In this document: positions 34,186 through 44,042 of the stretch, in pieces
Layout: each line of letters begins with the position of its first letter
How positions within the stretch are numbered: position 1 is the stretch's first letter
DNA from: Diplonema japonicum
Taxonomy: Eukaryota; Protista; Euglenozoa: Diplonemea
NCBI GenBank assembly: GCA_964019335.1
Contig: OZ025695.1
Coordinates: 474,881 to 538,880, forward strand
Length of the DNA: 64,000 nt
Direction of reading: 5' to 3'
Position numbers and translations under genes: made by a program
The notes under the pieces: model-generated
What the model saw: the letters and a program-made list of their open reading frames with translations, nothing else
The model's database searches: none
Told to the model about the DNA's origin: nothing

Positions 34186-35223
34186 CTAGTTGAGCTGCAG
34201 CAGCTTATCAGGAAGTAGACTCTTCACGATCTTGACAACATCCAAGTGGTTGTCTCGTGCCGTGTTCACCAAGACGTAGTGGTGGTCGGGCGACGGCATG
34301 TTCATGGTGGACACCACAACAGTGGCGTCATATTTGCTACGAAGCATTTTGATGTTGCTGCCTCCTTTGCCGATCAAGTTGGCGACATCAGAACTCTGCA
34401 CTATGAAGATGGTCCGTGATGGTGTCTTCTTCGGTGAAGGCTGCAAGGGGGGCCTTTTACCGGAGGCGAGGGCGTATAGTTCCTTCTCTACAACGTGCGT
34501 CACCGCAGATGCGTCCTCAGCAGGGTCGTGGTGAGAACTCCCACTGCGGAACTGGACGCTGTTGCCCACAAGGGACATCAGAGAGATAGCCCCACAGTCG
34601 GGTTTCGTTGGGTAGTAGAAAGCCGTGTCGATAATCTTGTTCGAAAGGTGCGGGCCACAGATCTTTAAGGAATTCAGGTCGTTCTGCAGCATGTGTCCCA
34701 CCAGACATGAAGCTGGGTGCTGTAGCAGTCTGCAGATGTGCTGCTGCACACGGGGGAGGGTAACTAAGTTCTTCGCTGCCTTCTCCTGGAAGTACATCTT
34801 CGGTGTGACGCCGTGCGAATCGATCTTCCAGTCGAAGTTGTGCTGGTTGCTCTGATCGAGCTCGATCATGGGATCGATGAACCACTGCGTTGTGTTCCTG
34901 TGGAACTTTCCTTTCCAATAGACAGCCTCTACTACAGCGCCCTTGATGGGTATCTTTTCTTTCGGCTGTACTTTGCTGATGATCATCTCGACATCAATAC
35001 CAATGAGGCGTGGGTGGTCCCCCGTTGTTTCATGCCCGATCTGTAGTGGCATCCATTCCCTGTTCGTGCTGTCCTGAAAGAGCTTCTTGAAGTTCTCTTG
35101 ATATGCGTGATTCGCACTGCAGTGTGCCACCATCCTGCCTATTTCAAATGAGATGCACGTCTTGCTGTGCGATGGTGCCTTCGTGCTGCACCATCTCGCG
35201 CTGGGTGCTCGTCTCCATATCAT
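34186..35223 (-). CDS. DEDDh 3'-5' exonuclease (REX-like) with a C-terminal KH domain, probable mitochondrial presequence
   Basis: ExoI 'GIDVEM', ExoII 'LVGHMLQNDL', ExoIII 'HDPAEDA'; KH 'VANLIGKGGSNIKMLR'. The N-terminus MIWRRAPSARWCSTK is Arg-rich and lacks acidic residues. Confidence 0.85.
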   Translation of the reverse strand: MIWRRAPSARWCSTKAPSHSKTCISFEIGRMVAHCSANHAYQENFKKLFQDSTNREWMPLQIGHETTGDHPRLIGIDVEMIISKVQPKEKIPIKGAVVEAVYWKGKFHRNTTQWFIDPMIELDQSNQHNFDWKIDSHGVTPKMYFQEKAAKNLVTLPRVQQHICRLLQHPASCLVGHMLQNDLNSLKICGPHLSNKIIDTAFYYPTKPDCGAISLMSLVGNSVQFRSGSSHHDPAEDASAVTHVVEKELYALASGKRPPLQPSPKKTPSRTIFIVQSSDVANLIGKGGSNIKMLRSKYDATVVVSTMNMPSPDHHYVLVNTARDNHLDVVKIVKSLLPDKLLQLN

Positions 35224-35487
35224 CGCACCCTATAAGTATTTTGGATAAAAAAAAGGTAAAAGCAGAATTGAGTAATAACGCCAAAAAAAAAAAAAAAAAA
35301 AAAAAAGCACTAACTGTAACTGCGATGGCAAAGGACAGTACTATGCAGCCATCGACAGAGCTGTGCTGTGGACACTTGAAAAGTGGGAAACGATGGGGGA
35401 AAAGGTGGGGGTGGAGAACAAAAAGGGCATGGTGCAGCTCATCAAGTCGCTGCAGCTCATCGTTTGCTTAAATCGTTGTCGAAGGGT

Positions 35488-38012
35488 CTACTTCTTCTTA
35501 GCCACCTTGGCCATGTTCTTGTTAATCGTCGAGATCTGTGTTTGTTAATTGCAACGTGCGACCATACCTGGTTACTGAGGGCTTTGTACTCGGAGTTCTT
35601 GGCCACCATTTTGCTGAGGTTCTCAACCAAGGCCTTGAGTCTGTCACTCACGGCAACCTTAAGGTCGCCGGGATGGATCTCGCTGGCGTCGTACTGCTTC
35701 ACAAGGTCTTCGTGTTTGTTGTGGGTGAGCACATCCTCCTCCATCTTCCTCTTGATGCCAATAGGCACACCTGTGACTTTAACGATAGTCTCTGCTGCCA
35801 CAAGAATAGGGTTGCCTTTCGACTCCCCCTGGGTGCAGAAGCCCTTCTTGACCTTCGAGCCTGCCCCGGTCTCAGCGTCGTCGATGTAAATCACTTGACC
35901 AGCTGCTATGTCAGCAAGCTTCCCAGAGGCATCGTGCTCGGCATGCAAGAGTCCCTCCCTGAAGCACGGGATCGCGGTCTCCAAGGGGGACACAGTGGCA
36001 CCACTCAGAGTAGCAACACCTTGGAACATAGTGCTCGGGGAGTAGACGAGACCACAGTTAGACGCCGCGATGTCCTGCTGCAACATCAGGGAGGCAATGA
36101 TGGCATTCGCGCGCATGGGCTGGTCGGGGAACTTTTCGACTCCAGACTCGGTCAGGCCAAGGGCGTCGGTCATCTCGTTCAAGGAAATCCTCCTCCCCGC
36201 GTTGATGACGGAGACCCAGTACTCTTCGGGATTGCGCATGATGACCTCAGACTGCCACATGATCTCCATGCCAGAGCATGCTGGCTTGTGCTCTTCGTCG
36301 ACATCAACCCCTTTAACAGTTGTCTGGGCGGTCGCAAGCTTTACTAGCGCCACCTCGGGGGCGGGTGCTGCCTTTGCCACAGCAGCAGCCTCGAACACCT
36401 TCACACCACCGATCTCTTTAGCAGGCTCCACTTTGCCAACAAGATCAGGGCATGCTGCCTTGACCTGTTCTTCCGTCACATATTTAGCACCGTTGACAGC
36501 AGCATCGAGCCACTTGGCAGTGTAGTCAAGCACCGCTCTGATACCCTTCTTTTCCCCGTTTTGTGCTTTCATCACAAAGCCGGTCCAGTCCATCAGAACA
36601 ATTTTTGCCTTCTTACCCTCGGCAATGTGTTTTTTGGCAGCAACGGCAGTCTGCAACAAGGCATTGAAGGTGGGGCGGTTCGTGGCCAGGACAGGGATCA
36701 GCACCTTGTTCTCGTCACCTTTGAAAGTGTTCTCAGGCTTCTTCTTGGGGAGAGTGTCAGCCTCTTCTTTGTACTTCTTCACAAGCTCGAGGATCTTCTT
36801 TGCGTGCTCATCCTCGGTGAAATGCTTCCTTACAGGGTCAAGCTTGGCATTGATGGTCCGCACAATGGCCTTCTTAAGAGCGGCTTCACCAAGGCTGCCG
36901 TCAACAAGAGCCTGCTGCAGCTCGGCACGGGACTTGAACGTCTTGCCTTCAGTCTCAAAAGTGCATTCCGGCGAGTGGAAGACCAGTGACGACAGGTTGT
37001 CCAAGAGGGGGTTCTTGGCGATGAGCTCCTTGGAAACAGGGCACCACGCGCCGTTGACTTTCTGCTCCACCTCCTCAGGGCTGTCCTCCATGAAGATTGC
37101 AGAGCCAGGGACAGATTTGCTCATCTTCTCTTGGTTCTCAAGGAGCCCTGCCATCATATGGTGCGACAAGATGACGGGCTTGTGTTTCTTGCCGATGCAC
37201 GAGCAGTAGTCTCTTGCCAGAACGTTAACCTTACGCTGATCAACACCCAGTTGGCAGACATCGGCCCTCAAGAAGAAGATGTCAGTGCACTGCATGAGAG
37301 GGTACAAGATCTGGGCGCATGTCAGGGAGCCCTCCTGCCTGCCCATGATTTGGCAGCACTTCGTGATCCTTGCAAGGGTGAACTGCCGAGCAATGTCCAG
37401 CATCTGCAGCCAGTACTCTTCAGCTTTTCCATTGATAGCCTCCGACGACCAAATGAACTCCACATTGGTAAGGTCCATGCCCGCAGCCTTCCAGACCTCG
37501 ATGAGGTACTCGCCGACGGTCTTGATCCTGTCAAGGTGCCCGCCCATCTTGTCGTTCATGAGAGCAAACCAGTCAGCGACCCAGAACACAAAGGTACCGC
37601 CTGCCTTGGTGCACTTGTTGACGTTGATGGTCTTCAGGATGCCCTGAGCTATGTGCATCCTCCCAGAGGGCTCAAAGCCGTCGTAAATCCTGAAACCCGT
37701 CTGCTTCTTCTCAAGGAGTTGCGCCAGCTCCTCGTCCTCCTGGCATTCTTCCCCTACTGAGCGCATCATATCGAACCTCCAGTCCCTTACAGCTGGCTTG
37801 GGTGCTTCCTTAGGCTTGGGCGCCTCTTTGGGCTTGGCATCCGCTTTAGGCTTGCTTTCTTTTTGCTTCTTAACAACATTGGCTTCCTTGGGGGCGCCAG
37901 AGCCCTTTTCTCTGGCAAGCTCCGCCTTAAGCTCAGCAATGCTCTGTTGGACCCTCTCCGTTTCAGTGAGGCCCAAACCCGGAGTGATAGTGAATTTGGC
38001 ACCAGATGCCAT
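35488..38012 (-). CDS. TyrRS: Double-length (pseudo-dimeric) tyrosyl-tRNA synthetase, intron at 35536-35567
   Basis: 'YDGFEPSGRMHIAQG', 'YPLMQCTD', 'QLGVDQRK' and 'KMSKS', then a degenerate second copy ending 'IHPGDLK'. A 32-nt intron gives the C-terminus ..AKVAKKK*. Confidence 0.95.
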
Positions 38013-38199
38013 TTTTGGTATAATACGTCTAAGCGTTGTGTCTTCGTAGTGACTGTGATGATGTGTGCAGCAGGACAAAAAAGAAAGTATGACACTCACG
38101 ACTTCTCATTGAGGTTCGTGACTAGGGTTTACAAGGTAAGAACAACAAGGGAAAGCTATATACAGGGCTCAGTGCGCTGCAAGGCAACGGACAAAAACG

Positions 38200-40064
38200 T
38201 TACAATGGAATGGATCTGCGCTTCCCAGTTCCTGTAGTGTTGTACTGAGTTAAGTGTTGCGTACCATGATGCTGCGTGCTTTTGAACTGGTGCTCAGAAG
38301 GGTCTGCGGGCTGTAGCATTTGAGCATCGGAAGGCAGCGGCACGTTAATCGGTGCTCGGCCCTGTCCAGGACGAGTGCGAGCGAGCGCTTGGAGGCGCTC
38401 CATAGTGTCAGCCATTTCGTATTGTCTAAATTCAGAAATGGGGCACATGGATTTCGGTACGTGGTCAGCGGGAAGGGGTGGACGGGGGTGCACTTCAGAA
38501 AGAGGCCCGGTGTACATAGATGAAGGGTTCAAATCACCCGCAGAGCCGCGAGCAGAAGGGGGTGTTCCAGGCCCCATTGACATGCGCTGCTGTTGCTGGC
38601 CCGGGTGCTGGAGCTGAGGCTGGTGCTGGAAGTGATGGTGGTGATGATGGTGCTGTTGCTGTTCCTGTTGTTGGTATGGATACGGGCTCTGGTCTTGCCC
38701 TTGACCTTGGGTGTGCATCTGAAGCTGTTGGTTCTTTAGCACTTCACCGAGCGTGCCTTGAAGCTCTTCGAGCTGCTCCTGTTGAGAATGCAGCATTTCG
38801 CGTTGCGTCTCAAGTTCCTTTCTCACTTTTGCTTTTCCCATTCCCTTGGGGTGGGTAAAGTTCTGGGAGCTCTGCACATCCACCATGCACTGACCGGAGT
38901 CAGAAGAACTGGAAACTGCTACTACGGGGTGTTCTTGCGTAGTACTGAGGGGCTTGCTGTGTGATAGTTAGCCATTGTTTCAAAACGATACCTTGGCTGC
39001 ACTGACATGAGGCCGCCCTTACCGTCGTGATACACGTCAAGCGCAACGTTCACAACTTGCTCTTGCGCCATGGAGGCAGCTGGTTGTGGTGCGAAGGCGT
39101 ACTTTCCTGTCCCATCCTCCGTGAGATTGAGATTGAAGACTACTTGTTGGTCACCTGCGCCCTGTGCCATCTTGGATGCCAGTGCCACGTGGGGCGCAAG
39201 ATCGAGATTGGGCGCGAAGATAGTGTGAGGGGCTGGGTACTGCGGCAAGTTTCCAGACGGTGATTTGGGAAACCCACCGCTCTTGTGGCTCTCCTTAATG
39301 TACTGCGTCAGAAGATGCTCAGCAGCAGCGCGAGGGTCGTTGGTATACTGGAAGTTTGACGGAGCTGCGGTGTTGCATATTTCCTTCGCCAAGCTGTAGG
39401 CACGCTCAGGGGTCATTTTTTCGTCTTGGCTTGCAGGTCTGTGGAACTGCTGCTTCCCCGAGGCCGGATGAGCCCAGTACGGGAGGCCTTTGGGCGTCTG
39501 CCACTCTCGCCATGTCTCGTCCATCGTAGACGGCGGTGTAAGGGGCTCGTCGGAAGCTTTTCTTCTGGTGTCTTTCGACTTTGTATTCTCCTCCAGCTTG
39601 GCGAGACGCCTTTGTTGTTCCCCGAGGAGCTGTTGGAGCTGCAGGTACTTTTCCTCCTGGTTCTTTCGGAGGTCGACTTCAATGTTCCGCTCGGCACCAA
39701 GGAGCTCAAGCTGCATTTTGTAATTTTCAACGGATTTTGAATCTTGAGACCGCAGAGCGTCCATAGCAACCTTTGAGGGGCTCTCGTCTGGAAGGGACGC
39801 CCTCTGGCTCAGTGACGGGGGCGGGCTGGAGACCATGTTCTGCGCCTGTTCGCTTTGCTCCGGAGGTGGCCGCCACCTCTTCTCGCCAGTGACTTGGTTC
39901 TTCCAGAAAAGTTTCCCATCAGGTGAGACCCTCTGGACCCATTGTGACTGAGGCATCACTGCTGCTCGCTCTTTTGTACTTCTATTCTCGTAGTAAACAC
40001 TGTCGTCTTTGTCCTTCACCACATCCCACTCGCCTACTTTTACTTTGCTCTCCTCTGCACTCAT
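38200..40064 (-). CDS. WW-domain (x3) and coiled-coil, Q/P-rich protein, introns at 38957-38991 and 38232-38264
   Basis: 'WDVVKDKDDSVYYEN', 'WVQRVSPDGKLFWKNQVTGEKRWRPP' and 'WREWQTPKGLPYWAH..SG'. The 35-nt intron joins the two ORFs in frame. Confidence 0.82.
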
Positions 40065-40710
40065 ATCATTGTCTTTGCCTGGAGGTAGAAATGACGGAGC
40101 AAGGAATGAAGTATACATGGCATGATGCCTGCGGGGAAAATGTCCACACTTTTTTGGGTTTTTTCTTTTTGATTTGGATATTCGAGCAAGAAAAAAAGGT
40201 CAGCACGCAACCGTAGCAGTTAGTGTCTGTAGCCATTTCAGTTCCGGTGCGACAAGCAACCGTTTGGCTTTATGAAGCAAAACAGGTGCAAAGGGGGGGA
40301 ATTCAAGTCATGGTTTTTTTTGGGGGTATCTTGACCTGCACCGCTTGGATTGTCAGCCAAACCACTTTTTTACTTGGAATATTTTTTTTTTCTGTTGCGG
40401 GGTCAAGTATGGACATTTTTCACGGACGACTATATTCTGTTAACGGAACGGGGGGGGGGGGGAATAAAAAAACAGGCTATCTGGTCTGTATAGCCTGGGG
40501 TTCAGTGCCTGAAATGAATATAAAGCATATGGGGAAACAGGAGAAACTGGAGAAGTGTGAAGAAAGGTAGACCAAGTGATGGTACGATCAAAGACAGGAG
40601 CACAAGTAACAAGGAGAGGCCAAGAGTCGTAAAGCAGGAGTGTACCACTTTACTCGGCTCCCTCCCTGGAAGGTGTCCGCCTGATGGTTTCGTTCATGTA
40701 TCATGTCTTC

Positions 40711-41698
40711 CTATTCAACGGTAACACCCATCATGTTCTTGAATACAGGGATGAGGAGATTCAGCAAAGCGCCACCACCACCGAGATGCACTGTTTTGAA
40801 CATAAAGCCTTTCCACAGGCCGCCAACACCGGACTGGCGCACAATCTGTAAGTTGTTATTATAGTCGATGTTTTAGCTGCCATACCTGTCCAGCCATGTC
40901 CGCAGAGACTGTGACTCCAGACCACACGTAACGCGGGCCGAAAGTGTATTGTGGGATGCCGGACTCGGGGGGGTTCAACCATTTTGCCATTTCTGCTTTC
41001 TGCACGTTGGTACGCACAACGTCACCCGGAGTGTTGATCATCGCACCGAAGGTGCCCGCAATGAAGCCACCAAGCACAGCAGAGCAACGTGTAACAGCAG
41101 GGCCCGTTGACCCTGTCATAGACTCAAGTCCCTGCCTTGTGTTGCGTGTGACATCGTCAACTGTTGCGAAGTAGATGGACGTCCAGCACGCTTGTCTGTA
41201 CTGCAGCCCAGCATACCCGCAGTACAGACCCTTCCACCCCTGCTCCTTGAAAATCCATTTCGCAACTCCCGTCGCAGAGTTCTTGAATCTGTTCTTCGAG
41301 TCAAGCTGAAGTGCGACCTTTGCAGTCTCAAAAGGGGTGCACGTCCACATCTCGGGGAGCGTGGCTAACATGGCAGCGCTACCCTTCGTGAACGGGCTAC
41401 CCTGCGAGGGATCCTTGCTCCACAGCAGACGGTGGAGGGGGGGGAATAGGAAGAATTTGCTGATTCTGCTCCATGTCCTCTGCAACAGCTCAGGCACCAC
41501 ACCCTGGCTGGCGAACCCTTTGATACCATGCGCCTGAATGAAGTTTTTAAGCAGCACAAAAGCCGAGCTTTCACCACCACCGGCGGAGGCCATTTTCAGA
41601 GCTCTCATAACGTCAGCAGGGTACATCAAGAAAGCAACAGACGCCGCTCCCGCGGTGATAGGCGGGAGGGTGTCAAACGCACTTTGCTGTCTCGCCAT
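40711..41698 (-). CDS. Mitochondrial carrier family (SLC25) protein, intron at 40846-40885
   Basis: Three Px[DE]xx[KR] motifs (PADVMR, PFETAK, PGDVVR). Splicing restores 'IVRQSGVGGLWKG' and the last TM helix. Confidence 0.92.
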
Positions 41699-41789
41699 AT
41701 TGATGTTTTATTGATGACACTGTGCTGCGATTATCGCTCATGATTGATAAACAACAAAAGAAGAAAACGAGGAAAGATGTCGCAGGGCA

Positions 41790-43956
41790 CTAGTCCCTAA
41801 CCATGTCACGCACGTTGTATTGCTTGAGGACATCGTGTGTTGTCTCTGTCGATATTTTCTCCGTCCGTACTACTGCGAGGCTCAAAATGCGCTTCAGAGA
41901 AGAGATAAAACCAAGGTCATCCTTCAAAGAGTGTAGGTCGCTCATGCTATACAGATCGGGGTCATCTAGGCAGTACTTGTATGTTTCTACTTCGTCTTCT
42001 ACGGCAAGTGCTTTTCGTTCCTTCTTTGGAAGGAGGCTAACTAACTTAACCAGTGCCTCGCGTAGCCTCTGCGAAACGTCCAACGAGTCGATCTTAGAAT
42101 AGAGGTTCGTGTTCAGCTCGCTAATCCGCAGCAGAGGTGAGCTGCTCACCTTGCTCAGGTGCCAGTGTGCTGCGTTGCACACTTTTTGTGGGGTGAAATC
42201 CCATCTGTGGATAACTAACGATGGCAGCACATGTGTCTTGCCATGGTGGCATTTCTTACAAAAGTATTTTCCCGTGTAGTTGCACAATCTGCTTTTCTTC
42301 AGAAGGTTCTTCGACGACGGTAAGGTGGCCCCGCACCCGGCGCATCGCGAGCCCTGTACCGCAGTTTGACGGTCTTTTTTCACATCTCCCAGTTCTGTGG
42401 TTTCTAGTCCTTCGAAGTTGAGCCAAGGGGAGCGGAAGCTGCCCCCCAACGAGGAATTCGGGATCCCCTCGTCGTCACTGTCGGCTACGAAAAAGTCTTC
42501 ATGTATGTTGGTCAGGGCGTCGATGCCGTCGCCGAAGATAACCTGTTGTGTTGTGTTGTGTTGTGTTGTGTTGTGTTGTGTTGTGTTGTGTTGTGTTGTG
42601 TTGTGTTGTGTTGTGTTGTGTTGTGTTGTGTTGTGTTGTGTTGTGTTGTGTTGTGTTGTGTTGTGTTGTGTTGTGTTGTGTTGTGTTGTGTTGTGTTGTG
42701 TTGTGTTGTGTTGTGTTGTGTTGTGTTGTGTTGTGTTGTGTTGTGTTGTGTTGTGTTGTGTTGTGTTGTGTTGTGTTGCTGTGGTTGAGTGAACACACCT
42801 GCGCACAGCCCGACGGCGACAAGGCACAAGACCTAGCTCTCACTGAGCCTTCCCGCCCTTCGTTGAAACTTATGGTCGGTGATGTGAACCCCAGTGCCGC
42901 AGTGGACTGCTGAAAGAGGGGGGACGAAAGAGATGGTGAGGAGGACGAGAGGCTTGATATTCTTTGTGCCTTCGGTCTGCTTAGACTTTCAAGGATGTCG
43001 TCTAGGTGGCCGCTCAGCTGGGACGGTGTGGTGTCGGAAAGCGTCTTCTTGTCGATGTTCAGCTGTGCCGCAGGAACAGCCTCTGCAAGTGTCTGTTGTG
43101 TAGGCTTGTTAGTGAGTTAGCTAGATACCGAGAGCAGCTGTTTAATTGCGAGCATGTCCTCCTCCATCTGCATGCCTGAGCATACAGACGATTCCTGCTG
43201 CTTAAGGTTCATCTCTCTGTCTTTCAGGTTCATCTGTAACTTCAACACTTTCATTTCTTTTCTCTGAGCGGCATCCAAACGTGACTCTAGTTCATAAACA
43301 GGGATGGTCTGGATTGGGTCCGTTTGTGCCATCGACTCCATAGTTTCAACCTTCTTGAATTGTCCTGATGTTGCAGGCGTCGCTTTCTTTTTCTTTTCTT
43401 TTTCTTTCACGATCTCCACTGATGACTGGTCAATGGACGCGAGGGAGCTCATGAGCGGTGACGGGAGGTCCCTTGGTGTGTCGAAGAGCCGGGCATCTTT
43501 TGGCCCCAGCCTAAAGGTTAGTCCTGCCAGCCTCGACATGGCCTTGAGCAAGATTCTGTGGTTGTCGGTGCTGGACAACAATGCGTCGCTCTTATAATAC
43601 GCCTGTAACACGTCTGTCATGGGCAGCATTCTGGTGAAGAACTCTTCCAGTGAGTGCAATTCCTTGACAGCACTCACCAACCAAACTCTGGAGCTTCCTT
43701 TGGAGTTCCCCAGGTTGCCCCCTATCCCTGGCGGCAGTCCATCGCCTTCTTCCACAAACACCTCAAGCACGTGATTGAAACAATCCCACCAGTGGCTGCC
43801 TTCATACACACCATCCGAGAGTACATCTTCCAAGCCCTGCAGCACCTTTGGCAGGATATAGTGCACGCCTGTCACTGCAGCTTCATCAGCTGAGAGTCTC
43901 AGCCTGTCTCTCACAAGGTCTTGCGCCGCCGTTGCTAACGCATCCAACGCTGTCAT
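41790..43956 (-). CDS. RUN domain plus Rubicon-homology zinc domain protein (PLEKHM1/Rubicon/DEF8-like), introns at 43093-43128 and 42543-42798
   Basis: RUN motifs 'LEDVLSDG', 'RVWL', 'YYKSDALL'; C-terminal 'CAGCG...RLCNYTGKYFCKKCH...P..VIHRWDF...VC'. Both introns splice in frame. Confidence 0.87.
42546..42778. repeat. (TTGTG/CACAA)n microsatellite, about 46-47 units, intronic
   Basis: Perfect pentamer array inside intron 42543-42798. Confidence 0.97.
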
Positions 43957-44042
43957 GTTGCCTGCATAGGGTTATGATACATGGTACATGGTGCTGGTTT
44001 GAATAGAACTGTACAAGCTACAATACCTCGAGTGATAGTCAC

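Noticed and set aside
42499-42843. HNTTQ / VVLCC repeat proteins in the ORF track
   Set aside because: These are translations of an intronic pentamer microsatellite; the flanking exons splice in frame without it.
43168-43185. GTATGC..CAG 18-nt micro-intron in the RUN gene
   Set aside because: Far below the 32-nt minimum seen here and not needed to keep the frame.
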